This document shows, piece by piece, positions 19,482 to 28,642 of a stretch of DNA of 64,000 nucleotides. Under the pieces are notes generated by a model. The model had not been told where the DNA came from, ran no database searches, and was given only the letters and a program-made list of their open reading frames with translations. How positions within the stretch are numbered: the first letter of the stretch is position 1; each line of letters starts with the position of its first letter. The DNA comes from an uncultured Actinomycetota bacterium (GTDB lineage Bacteria; Actinomycetota; Actinomycetes; Mycobacteriales; Micromonosporaceae): NCBI GenBank assembly GCA_963773935.1, contig CAVZCZ010000009.1, positions 50,442 through 114,441 on the forward strand, given 5' to 3'. The translations under genes and the position numbers were made by a program.

Positions 19482-20771
19482 GTGGACCGTACCGCCGGTT
19501 GTCCGAGCGTCCGGTCGTGGTGGCGCCTGGCCATCTCGGCCGTCGCGATACCTGCGCTCGGGTGCGGGCTGGTCACCGGGTGCGGCCTCGATCCACCCGG
19601 CGATCCGCAGGCTGGCACCGGGGCGCACCGGACCGTCCAGAGCGTGCTCGACGCGCAGTCGGTGGCCCTTCTCGAGGGCGACGAGGCCGGCTTCCTCGGG
19701 GTTGTCGACCCGACTCAACCGCCTCTGGTTAGCCGCTACCGGGACCTCTTCGCCACCCTGCGTGGGTTGTTGGTCAGTGGTTGGCAGGCCACAGTGTCCA
19801 GTGTGGACGGCGATGCGCTGCTGCGGGCGCCGGACCATCCGGTCGACGTGACCGTTGGCTACTGCTTCGGTACGGCGCAGTGCCCGACCGCGCTCGGTGG
19901 TGCCGGGCTCGTCGCGCGGGCGACCATGCGGATGAGCTTCGCAGTGTCACGCGGCCGCATCGTGATCACCGGCCTGCTCCCAGCCGCGAGCCAGAGCTCG
20001 AGCGTGGGGCCCACCGCACGAGGGCGACAGCTCGGCGCAGCGCCGTGGCAGGTGTCGTCATTGCATGCCATGAGCGGGCGCCGCACCGTCGTGGCCACGA
20101 CGCCGGCGCTGCGCGAGCGGCTGCCCGCGGCGTTGGCTGCAGCTGAGGCGGCAGCGGTGGTGGCGGACCAGTACGCCTTCCTGCTGACTCCCGACCGCTA
20201 CCACGTCTACCTGGCCGGCCCGGACGAGTGGAGCACCTGGTTCGATCTTCCGCACGGCAACGAGGTGGCGCGGGCGATCACGACGAGTCCGCGCACCACA
20301 GACATCGTGGTGCACGCCGGCCGGGTCACCGACGACGCGCTTGAGGCGTTGCTGCGCAAGGAGATGGGCCGCGTGGTGACACACGTCGGCGCGAGCGTGC
20401 AGTCGGTGAGTTCTGATCGGCAGTGGGTGTCAGAAGGCATCGCGGAACTCGTCAGGTACGCGGGGGAGCCACCGTCCTCCGCCGAGGCGGCGATCGCATC
20501 TCTGCGCGCATACCTCCCGGCGTTGTCCGCCCTCGAGACGTTTCTCGACCAGGGACTGCCGACCGAGGCGACAGCCGGGGCGGCGTTCTCGACCGCCTCA
20601 TATCTCGCCATCAACTACATCACCTACCGATTCGGGCCGGAGGGGCTGTTCAGCTTTGTTGATGCCGTGCTGCGTGGCCGCATGCCCGTGCCCAAAGCGA
20701 CGGCTCGCGTGCTCGGGATGTCGTGGGCGGATCTCCAGGCCGAGTTCTGGTACGCGGTCGTGCTCCTGTAG
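19482..20771 (+). CDS. hypothetical lipoprotein
   Basis: Within ORF 19362..20771. An in-frame GTG at 19482 gives VDRTAGCPSVRSWWRLAISAVAIPALGCGLVTGC (signal peptide plus lipobox). No catalytic motif recognised. Confidence 0.5.
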   Translation: MDRTAGCPSVRSWWRLAISAVAIPALGCGLVTGCGLDPPGDPQAGTGAHRTVQSVLDAQSVALLEGDEAGFLGVVDPTQPPLVSRYRDLFATLRGLLVSGWQATVSSVDGDALLRAPDHPVDVTVGYCFGTAQCPTALGGAGLVARATMRMSFAVSRGRIVITGLLPAASQSSSVGPTARGRQLGAAPWQVSSLHAMSGRRTVVATTPALRERLPAALAAAEAAAVVADQYAFLLTPDRYHVYLAGPDEWSTWFDLPHGNEVARAITTSPRTTDIVVHAGRVTDDALEALLRKEMGRVVTHVGASVQSVSSDRQWVSEGIAELVRYAGEPPSSAEAAIASLRAYLPALSALETFLDQGLPTEATAGAAFSTASYLAINYITYRFGPEGLFSFVDAVLRGRMPVPKATARVLGMSWADLQAEFWYAVVLL

Positions 20772-20813
20772 GCGACACAACGACCACCGCCCGAGGTCTT
20801 CTAGGATGCGCCT

Positions 20814-21650
20814 GTGGGACTCAGCCTTCGTCTGCGGCCGGTGACGGTGGTCTGCTTGGTGACGGTGGTGGTGATCGGCGCTGGGCTCTTTGCGCTCGTT
20901 TGGCTCGGTCAGCGGCGCCTGATCTACTTTCCGGACACGGGCTCGCCGCGGCCGCCGGCCGACGCACGCGAGGTGACGCTCGAGACCTCCGACGGTTTGC
21001 GGCTGAGCGCCTGGCAGGTGGCACCGACGGCGCCAGACCGCGGACTCGCCGTACTGTTCGCACCGGGCAACGGCGGGAACCGGGCCGGGCGGATGGTGCT
21101 TGCCCGCGAGCTGGCGAGTGTCGGTCTGACCGTGCTGCTGCTCGACTACCGCGGCTACGGCGGCAATCCTGGCCGGCCGAGTGAGGACGGTTTAGCCCGC
21201 GACGTTCGGGCGGGTCTTGCTTATCTGTCGGAGGCTGGGTTCGGACCCGATCGGATCATCTACTTTGGAGAGAGCCTCGGCTCGGCGGTCGTTGCCGAAC
21301 TCGCCACCGAACTTGCGCCTGCCGGTCTCGTGCTGCGCTCTCCGTTCGTCGACCTGGCTTCCGTTGGCGCGCATCACTATCCGGTGTTGCCGGTACGGGC
21401 TCTGCTGCGGGACCGCTTTCCAGTCGCGACCAACGTCGAGCGGGTCACCGCCCCAACCGTCGTGATCTACGGCAGCGCCGACACGATCGTGCCGCCGGAT
21501 CAGAGTCGAGAGGTGGCGGACCGGGCGGCCGGGATCGTCCGCGTGATCGTCGTGGACGGCGCCGATCACAACGACCCGGAGTTGGCCCAGGGTCCGAACG
21601 TCATCGACCCCCTCGTCGACCTCATGAATCGGATCAGCCGGCCCGGATAG
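20814..21650 (+). CDS. alpha/beta hydrolase (S33/BAAT-like) with N-terminal TM anchor
   Basis: Intact 278 aa: FAPGNGGNRAG...DYRGYGGNPG...GESLGSAVV (nucleophile elbow)...GADHND. Confidence 0.8.
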   Translation: MGLSLRLRPVTVVCLVTVVVIGAGLFALVWLGQRRLIYFPDTGSPRPPADAREVTLETSDGLRLSAWQVAPTAPDRGLAVLFAPGNGGNRAGRMVLARELASVGLTVLLLDYRGYGGNPGRPSEDGLARDVRAGLAYLSEAGFGPDRIIYFGESLGSAVVAELATELAPAGLVLRSPFVDLASVGAHHYPVLPVRALLRDRFPVATNVERVTAPTVVIYGSADTIVPPDQSREVADRAAGIVRVIVVDGADHNDPELAQGPNVIDPLVDLMNRISRPG

Positions 21651-21738
21651 ACGCCTATTGCGTTCTCTCCCGTACGCTTCGCAACGGTCAAGAACTCCAC
21701 TATGGACTCGGCAACTCACCCAACTTATAGTTGCGAAT

Positions 21739-21761
21739 CTGTCGGTGGCCTGGGTTAGACT
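21739..21761 (+). promoter_or_regulatory. RecA-NDp / PafBC-type DNA-damage promoter motif
   Basis: cTGTCGGTG-gcctgggt-TAGACT matches tTGTCRgtg-N8-TAnnnT at every conserved position except the first t. The -10 ends 6 nt before ATG 21768. Confidence 0.6.
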
Positions 21762-21767
21762 GCCAAC

Positions 21768-23355
21768 ATGTGTTCGAGCGGGGGTTCCGAGCCGTGGCAG
21801 CCGTTGCAGTCCGCGGCGCAGGTGTTGGCGGCCGAGGATGTGACGTCGTGGTCGGATGGGCAGGTCCGCGACGGGCTGCTGGCGTTGCTCACGGTGGTCA
21901 ACCAGCTCACCGCGGTGGTTTCCACCGTGTCGGCGTCGTTTGATACCCGGGACCTGGCCGAGCGGGACGGGTTTCGCACCGCCCGGTCGTGGTTGATCGC
22001 GTTCGGGCGGATGAGTCAGCGGGCGGCCACCGGCTGGCTGTCGCGGGGTCGGCTGCTGCGGCAGTTGCCGGCGCTGTCGGCCGCGGCGCACACCGGGGCG
22101 GTGTCGGCCGAGCACGTCCGCACCGTGGGTGATCTGGCCGCCCACGTCGGCATCGAGCAGGTGCGGCCCTTTGATGAGATCCTGGCCACCCTGGCCGCCA
22201 GCACCGGCCGGCACGCCGACGTGGAGGCGGCCTGTCACCGCATCCGCGCCCATGTCGACCCGGACGGGCCCGACCCCGATCCGCACGCACGCGAACGAAG
22301 GGCGCTGTCGATCTCCCGGTGCGGATCGTTGTTCTCCGTGTCGGGACGCCTCGACCTCGAAGCCGGGGCGACGGTGTTGACCGCGTTGGACACGTTGATG
22401 CGCCCGGTCACCCCGGATGAGCCGAGCACCGCGGTGCAACGCCGCGCCGACGCCCTGCTCGAACTGGCCCGCCAAGCCCTCGACCGCGGCACCCTACCCA
22501 CCGTCGGCGGACTGCGACCCCACCTCGGCCTGCTCATCACCCCCGACACCCTGCTCGGCCTCCGACACGCCACCGGCACCCCAACCACCAACCCTGCCGC
22601 CGACTCGAATGGCGCTGCCGCAGCGCATGGCGGCGCGGCGTACGGCGGTGCGCGCCGGCGGTGCAGCGTACGGCGGTGCAGCGTACGGCGGAGAGCGGCG
22701 GCGGTGCTGGGCCGGAGGTGTTGGGGCCGGCGGTGCTGGGGCCGGAGGTGTTGGGGCCGGCGGTGCGGCTGCCGATGACCCTGCGGCCTGCGACAGTGCT
22801 GCGAGCTGCGGGTCCACTGCGGACCCGCCACCGCAGCGCCAGCCCGATGCGTTGCAGTGCGCCGGGGTGCCGATGGCGCCGGAGCTGCCCTGGTCGGCCT
22901 GGGCCGACCGGCTGCCCGCCTCGGTGGCTCAACGGCTGGCTTGCGACTGCGAGGTGTGGAGGGTGGTCTTGGATCCGGCGACGGGGCTGCCGTTGGAGGT
23001 CGGCCGGGCGCACCGGATCGTGCCAACCTGGATGCGCAAGGCGCTCATCGCCCGCGACCGGGGCTGCCGGTGGCCCGGATGTAGCGCTCCGGCGAGCTGG
23101 TGCGAGGTCCACCATCTGCTCGCCTGGTACTCCGGCGGACAGACAAATGTGGACAACGCCGCGCTTTTGTGTCGTTGGCACCATGGCAAGGTCCACGATG
23201 GACTCCCCGACAACCAACGCTGGCAGATCACCCTCGACCCGACCACCGGCGACGTCACCGTGTCCCGCCCCGGCGGCGAACCCTACGAACTCGGCCCAAG
23301 CCAGCCGTACCGACCCACCACACCAGATACCCCACTCGCGGACACGACAAGCTAG
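21768..23355 (+). pseudogene. DUF222 / HNH endonuclease (13E12-repeat-like), frame switch inside an internal tandem repeat
   Basis: DUF222 N-terminal part in ORF 21768..22778 (..RTARSWLIAFGRMSQRAATGWLSRGRLLRQLPAL..). The HNH core ALIARDRGCRWPGCSAPASWCEVHHLLAWYSGGQTNVDNAALLCRWHHGKVH is in ORF 22417..23355. Switch near 22648. Confidence 0.8.
22633..22772. repeat. Gly/Ala-coding tandem repeats inside HNH gene 2
   Basis: About 15-bp unit gcRgcgtacggcggt x3, then ggtgctggggccggaggtgttggggccggc x2. Encodes AAYGG.. and GAGGVGAGG.. Confidence 0.7.
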
Positions 23356-23359
23356 TCGG

Positions 23360-24169
23360 CTACGTCACCCGGCGCGCTTCCAAGGTGTCCAGGTCCCGCT
23401 CGGCGTAGAGCCGGTGTTCCCATTCCTCGTTCAGGATGATCAAGAGGCACTGACGCACGGGATAGCTGCGGGGCTGCGGCCACCCCGGACCCTCAACCGG
23501 CTCCGTATGGCCGTCCAGCGTCTCGTCGGTGAGTCCGTCAACGAACTTTCGTACGGTCGACATCCGGTCCCGGCGAAGCTCGAGGACCACGTCCAACGAT
23601 GGTCGAACGTCGCGGTCGTGGGGAACCCCCGGCGTGGGCGGCATCTCGTCCCACGGCAGATCCAGCGGATCCCACGGCGACGGGTCGCCGAGAATGCCCC
23701 GCCTAATCCACGAGTCGGTGGCGAACGCCAGGTGCCGCAGCGTTTCGATGAATGACCACTCGCCGCCAACGGACTCGTGCAGCAACTCAGGGTCCAAGCG
23801 GCGGGCCCGTTCGACCGTGCCGCCCCAAAGCCGCTCGACGACATCCCACGCCTCGCGGAATCCGGCGGGGTCGGTCGGTCGCATCTTGGGCCGCTCGGGG
23901 TACCGCCGGTCAAGCTCGGCGTTCACCAGGGGTCCAACATCGACACCGTTGATCGTCAGTCTCCCGATCTCGCCGTAGATGTCGACGTCGGATAACTCGA
24001 CCCCGCGCATCACGACGCGATTCATCTCGACGTTGCGGAACCGGGTATCGACAAAGTCGATGGAGCGGAACTCCACGCCGCTCAGGTCGATGCGCTCGAA
24101 CCGTGAGCCGGCCAAGTTGACCCGTTCGAACCGCGAACCGTTGAGATCCTCACCGATGAATTCAGGCAT
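23360..24169 (-). CDS. pentapeptide-repeat / DinB-family fusion protein
   Basis: Intact 269 aa. The N-terminal part EDLNGSRFERVNLAGSRFERIDLSGVEFRSIDFVDTRFRNVEMNRVVMRGVELSDVDI contains pentapeptide repeats. The C-terminal part ETLRHLAFATDSW...NEEWEHRLYAERDL is DinB-like. Confidence 0.65.
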   Translation of the reverse strand: MPEFIGEDLNGSRFERVNLAGSRFERIDLSGVEFRSIDFVDTRFRNVEMNRVVMRGVELSDVDIYGEIGRLTINGVDVGPLVNAELDRRYPERPKMRPTDPAGFREAWDVVERLWGGTVERARRLDPELLHESVGGEWSFIETLRHLAFATDSWIRRGILGDPSPWDPLDLPWDEMPPTPGVPHDRDVRPSLDVVLELRRDRMSTVRKFVDGLTDETLDGHTEPVEGPGWPQPRSYPVRQCLLIILNEEWEHRLYAERDLDTLEARRVT

Positions 24170-24249
24170 GCCGCGAGACTAACGTCGCGCCCCGACAATC
24201 CGGCACCGTCGGCCGTACCATCCGGACGCCGGCGGCGTACCTTCCGATC

Positions 24250-25062
24250 ATGCCGTTCGTAACCGCCGCCGGAGTTGAGGTCCACTACGTCGAACACGGT
24301 CCAGCCGACGCCGAGCACACAGCGGTGATCCTGCACGGCTTCCCGCTCGATCATCGGATGTGTGTGGCCTCGTTTGAGCCCTCGTTCCGGGGCCGGCCCG
24401 GCTGGCGGCGCATCTATCTCGACTTCCCGGGCATGGGACGGACCCGGGCTCCAAACTGGGTCGGCTCCACCGACGATGTCTTCCGGATCACCCGGGCCGC
24501 AGTGGACGCCTTGGTGCCTGGCCCGTATGCGCTTGGGGGCGTGTCGTACGGCGGCTACATCGCGATGGGATTGGCCGCGGCGGCGACGGAACGGGTCACC
24601 GGGCTCGCGTTGGTGGTCCCGATGATCATACCGATCCATGCCCTGCGCGACGTCGGCGAACATCGGGTGCTCGTGCGCGAGGGTGGGCTGCGCGGGTCTG
24701 AGCTGTACGAGGAGCTGGCCGTTGTGGTCACGGCGGAGACGCTTCGCCGCCACGTCGAGGAAATCGAGGCGGCGATCGCGACAGCCGACCAGGAAGTGGT
24801 GGAACGGATCGAGGCGAACTACGGCGGCACCTTCCCGCTCGTGGGACGCCACGAGCAGCCGGTGCTCGTCGTGCTGGGTCGGCAGGACAACGTTCTGGGG
24901 TTCAACGACCAGTGGCGGGTCATGGGACAGTGGCCACGGGCCACGTTCGTGGTGCTCGACCGGGCGGGCCACGGGCTCACGTTCGAGCAGCCGGTGCTGC
25001 TCACCGCTCTCGTCGACGACTGGCTCGATCGAGTCACCCAGAAAGACTTGCACCTCACGTAG
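24250..25062 (+). CDS. alpha/beta hydrolase
   Basis: Intact 270 aa: VILHGFPLDHRM...LGGVSYGGYIA (nucleophile elbow)...LDRAGHGLTFEQP. Confidence 0.8.
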   Translation: MPFVTAAGVEVHYVEHGPADAEHTAVILHGFPLDHRMCVASFEPSFRGRPGWRRIYLDFPGMGRTRAPNWVGSTDDVFRITRAAVDALVPGPYALGGVSYGGYIAMGLAAAATERVTGLALVVPMIIPIHALRDVGEHRVLVREGGLRGSELYEELAVVVTAETLRRHVEEIEAAIATADQEVVERIEANYGGTFPLVGRHEQPVLVVLGRQDNVLGFNDQWRVMGQWPRATFVVLDRAGHGLTFEQPVLLTALVDDWLDRVTQKDLHLT

Positions 25063-25102
25063 CGGCAGGCCGCACGCTGGTCGGTGGAAGGAGGGGAGAC
25101 CC

Positions 25103-25861
25103 ATGAGTTACCCGGTCGGCCGGGTGGCCGAGATCGCCGGCGTGACGGTGCGGACACTGCACCACTACGACGAGATCGGGCTGCTGACGCCGGGAGACCG
25201 TACAAACGCGGGCTCCCGGCGCTACGACGACGCGGACCTGGAGCGGCTGCAACAGATCCTGCTCTACCGCGAGCTGGGCTTCACCCTCGAGGAGATCGCT
25301 ACCATCCTCGACGACCCGGACGTGGAGGCGCGCACGCACCTGCGCCGCCAGCACGGGCTACTGCGTGACCGGATCGCCCGGCTGCAGGAGATGGTGGCAG
25401 CGGTGGAATACATGTTGGAGGCACACAAAGTGGGCATCAGCCTGACGCCCGAAGAGAAGTTCGAGGTGTTCGGGGACTTCGACCCGGACGCCTACGCAGA
25501 AGAGGTCGAGGAGCGGTGGGGCGGCACCGACGCGTACACGGAGTCGGCCCGACGCACCGCCCGATACACGAAGGACGACTGGCTGCGGATCCAGCGAGAG
25601 TCCGGTGAACTGATGGCGAGGTGGCTGACCGCGTTCGACGCCGGTACGCCGGCCGAGAGCCAGGCGGCGATGGACCTCGCCGAGGAGCACCGTCAGCAGA
25701 TCACCAAGTTCTTCTACGAGTGCACGTTCGAGATCCACGTGGGCCTGGCCGAGATGTACGTGGCCGACCCCAGGTTCGCGAAGTTCTACGACGATCAACG
25801 GCCGGGCCTGGCCCAGTACGTCCACGACGCGGTCATGGCCAACGCGGTGGCCCGCTCGTAG
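25103..25861 (+). CDS. MerR-family regulator with TipAS-like antibiotic-recognition domain
   Basis: ATG 25103 preceded by GGAAGGAGGGGA. MSYPVGRVAEIAGVTVRTLHHYDEIGLLTPGDRTNAGSRRYDDADLERLQQILLYRELGF, then a TipAS-like C-terminal part (..FDPDAYAEEVEERWGGTDAY..MYVADPRFAKFYD). Confidence 0.85.
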   Translation: MSYPVGRVAEIAGVTVRTLHHYDEIGLLTPGDRTNAGSRRYDDADLERLQQILLYRELGFTLEEIATILDDPDVEARTHLRRQHGLLRDRIARLQEMVAAVEYMLEAHKVGISLTPEEKFEVFGDFDPDAYAEEVEERWGGTDAYTESARRTARYTKDDWLRIQRESGELMARWLTAFDAGTPAESQAAMDLAEEHRQQITKFFYECTFEIHVGLAEMYVADPRFAKFYDDQRPGLAQYVHDAVMANAVARS

Positions 25862-25868
25862 TCGACCC

Positions 25869-25900
25869 GGGCTGCCCCCGTTCATCGCGAGGGGCAGCCC
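25869..25900. terminator. hairpin between convergent genes
   Basis: gggctgcccc-cgttcatcgcga-ggggcagccc: a 10-bp perfect stem, 8 nt after stop 25861 and 8 nt before stop 25908. Confidence 0.5.
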
Positions 25901-25907
25901 GACGCGG

Positions 25908-26348
25908 TCAGCTCATGTATTCGGCGGCGTGTTCCAGGGCGATCAGCTCGTCCCGGACCGCCGTCCCGAGCTCGATCGGCACGCCGGCGTGGTCCTCAAT
26001 GGACACCCGGCAGGTCACATTCAACGGCAGGTCGATGTCGCCACCGTAGGGCCGGACGCGCACCGAGACGAAGAACTCGGTCGGCCGGACCTCGGTGGCG
26101 CTCGCCGTTACCAGGACCTCGGCCGGCCGGCCCAGCAGCGAGGCGCGGGGCTGCCGGCCGGGTCGACGCACGAGGTTGTACCCGGCCGCGAGGCGGTGCA
26201 GTTCCTGGCACTGCGCGAGGTATGCCTCGACCGCGTCGGCCAGCCACTCGCCCAGGGTCGGCGCCGTCACGTACCCATCGGGATCGAGGTCGCCCGGACC
26301 GACCTGGCGGTCCAGGCCGATGCTCCACCGCGTCATGACGCCACTCAT
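25908..26348 (-). CDS. hotdog-fold (4HBT thioesterase-like) protein, tentative
   Basis: ATG 26346-26348. MSGVMTRWSIGLDRQVGPGDLDPDGYVTAPTLGEWLADAVEAYL resembles the N-terminal pattern of acyl-CoA thioesterases. Weak call. Confidence 0.4.
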   Translation of the reverse strand: MSGVMTRWSIGLDRQVGPGDLDPDGYVTAPTLGEWLADAVEAYLAQCQELHRLAAGYNLVRRPGRQPRASLLGRPAEVLVTASATEVRPTEFFVSVRVRPYGGDIDLPLNVTCRVSIEDHAGVPIELGTAVRDELIALEHAAEYMS

Positions 26349-26507
26349 GGCACGGGACCTTAGCCGAGAACCGGCGGGAACGCCGGACCTCGGCACCGCC
26401 GCTCGCGCTCGGCACCGCCGCTCGCGCCGGGGGCTGTCAGCGTGGATGATGCATCGCATCGACATCGTCGAGTTGCCCAAATGGTGCGAATGTGATCGGA
26501 GTGCCCT

Positions 26508-27969
26508 GTGCGAGGCGAGCACGGCACGGTGCGACGGACGCTGGGCGGTCGCTACCGGCTGGACCAGCGGATCGGCGCGGGTGGGATGGGAGAGGTCTGG
26601 CGCGCCACCGATCTGGTGCTGGGCCGTCCGGTCGCGGTGAAGCTGATGCTCGCGACCCTGCTCGCCGACCCGGATTTCGACCGCCGGTTCCTCTTCGAGG
26701 CCCGTGCCATGGCCGCTGTCCGCCACCCGGGTGTGGTTGCCATCCACGACTACCGCAGCGACCCCGACGGTGCCTACCTGGTGATGGAGCTGGTCGAAGG
26801 CGAGTCACTGGCCGCCACGCTGCGCCGGCTGGGTCGCCTCAGCCCGGTCGAGACCATGAACCTCGTGGCCCAGGCCGCCGACGCGCTGCAGTGCGCGCAT
26901 GAGCAGGGCGTGGTCCATCGCGACGTCAAGCCGGGCAACCTGCTGATCCGTACGGACGGCACGCTGGTGCTCACTGACTTCGGCATCGCCCGAGCGCTGG
27001 GCGCGGCCGCCCTGACCACCAACGGCGACGTGCTCGGAACGCCCGCCTACCTCTCGCCCGAACAGGTCCTGGGCAAACCAGCGACGCCACGCAGTGACGT
27101 GTACGCCCTCGGCGTCGTGGCCTACGAGTGCTTGGCGGGACGGCGCCCGTTCGAGGCGGACAACCCGTTCGGGGTCGCGGTACAGCGGTTGCACGGCGGC
27201 CCGCCCGAGCTCGGCCCCGACATCCCCGCTGCCGGTCGCCCGCGTGGTCGCCGGCGCGCTCGCGGTGGAGCCACGGGACCGGTGGCAGTCCGCGGCCGAC
27301 TTCGCCGCGGCAGCGCGCAACGTGGCGGCCACCTACGCCGGGGCGCGCCAGTGGAGCCCGGACCGCACACAGACCACAGTGGACGGTTCGGATGTCCGGC
27401 CCGTGGTCCGGTCCGTGCCAGGCTTCGACAAGGGCGGACCCGACGGAGCGAGCATCCGGCGCCGCCGCCGGGTGCAGCTCCTGGCCGCTGCCGCGACGCT
27501 GCTGGTACTCGTGGTGGCCGCCGTCTGGGCCACCGTGAAGGGAGCGGTCGAGCCCCGCGACGACACCGGGCCGAGCACCGTTCCGGCTGGTTTCGTCCGC
27601 TGCGGCACGGTCTTCTGCCCTGCAGCTCCGATGTGCTGGGGCGGCCTCAACCTCATCGGCGGGCGCAGCGAGCCACCGACCGCGGTCGACTGCGCCGAGC
27701 CCCACCCCTGGGAGACCTACGCGGCGGCAGACCTGCCGGTAGCGGCGCTCAACATCCGCCAGGACGAGCTGCTCGCGAGCCGGCCCGACGTCGCCGCGGT
27801 GTGCTCGACCGACCGGATGGGGGAGCGCAGCCAGAACCCGGCGAGTACCGCGGCCTTCACCCGCGAGCCGTGGCCGGTGCAGGTCGATGGTGGAGTGTGG
27901 ATCTTCCATTGCCTGGCCGGTCCCGGCGTGGGCGAGGTCACCGGCGCCCGGTTCCGATCGGGCGCCTGA
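26508..27969 (+). pseudogene. Ser/Thr protein kinase with TM segment and Cys-rich extracellular domain, one frame switch at 27224-27227
   Basis: Hanks motifs GAGGMGEVW, VAVKL, HRDVKPGNLL, DFGIA, GTPAYLSPE are in ORF 26508..27995. The continuation LPVARVVAGALAVEPRDRWQSAADF...LLAAAATLLVLVVAAVW... is in ORF 27094..27969. Deleting one C of run 27224-27227 joins them. Confidence 0.85.
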
Positions 27970-27991
27970 CGTCTGGCTACACTCGGCCGGG

Positions 27992-28642
27992 CTAGGGGTC
28001 GAGGAATCCGGAGCGGACCGCGTAGAGGGCTGCCTGGGTACGGTCCGGGACGCCGAGCTTGGCCAACACCGCGCTCACGTGAGTCTTGACCGTCTTCTCC
28101 GACACCGTCAGGGCTCGTGCGATCTCCCGGTTGGACCGGCCGCGACCGAGCTCCGCCAAGACTTCGCGTTCCCGGGCGGTGAGCCGTGCCGCCCGGTCGC
28201 TGTTGCCGACGGTCGCTGAGTCGCCCGCGGCGAACAGGGCCGCTACGTCGGGATTGAGCAGAACGTGTCCAGCGTGGACGGCTCGCACCGCGGCTGCCAG
28301 CGCCGGCGGGTCCACATCCTTGTAGACATAGCCCGACGCGCCGGCGCGCATCGCTGGCAGGACGGCCGCCGGGTCAGTGAAGCTGGTGATGACCAGCACG
28401 CGAGCCGGATTGCCGTGCTCACGCAGGCCGTTCAGTGCGGCAAGTCCGTCGGTCCCGGGCATGCGTAGGTCCAGCAGCACCACGTCAGGACGCAACTCTT
28501 CGGCGGCGTTCACGCAAGCGGCACCGTCGGAGGCCTCGCCAATTACGGTGATGTCGGGCTGGACGTCAAGGAACGAGCGCAGGCCTTGCCGGACGACGGG
28601 ATGGTCGTCCACGACCAGCACCCGGATCGGTTCACCCATCAA
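27992..28642 (-). CDS. NarL/FixJ (LuxR-type) response regulator
   Basis: Intact 216 aa: IRVLVVDDHPVVRQG..DVVLLDLRMPGTDG..LTAREREVLAELGRGRSNREIARALTVSEKTVKTHVSAVLAKLG. Confidence 0.9.
   Translation of the reverse strand: MMGEPIRVLVVDDHPVVRQGLRSFLDVQPDITVIGEASDGAACVNAAEELRPDVVLLDLRMPGTDGLAALNGLREHGNPARVLVITSFTDPAAVLPAMRAGASGYVYKDVDPPALAAAVRAVHAGHVLLNPDVAALFAAGDSATVGNSDRAARLTAREREVLAELGRGRSNREIARALTVSEKTVKTHVSAVLAKLGVPDRTQAALYAVRSGFLDP

Noticed and set aside
21192-22475. 427-aa minus-strand ORF antisense to HNH gene 2.
   Set aside because: It has Arg/Gly/Pro-rich low-information composition, which is typical of shadow ORFs in very GC-rich DNA. The + strand carries clearly recognisable alpha/beta-hydrolase and DUF222-HNH sequences.
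24082-25104. 340-aa minus-strand ORF antisense to the alpha/beta hydrolase gene.
   Set aside because: It is a shadow ORF with no motifs, while the + strand ORF has hydrolase motifs (HGF.., GVSYGG nucleophile elbow).
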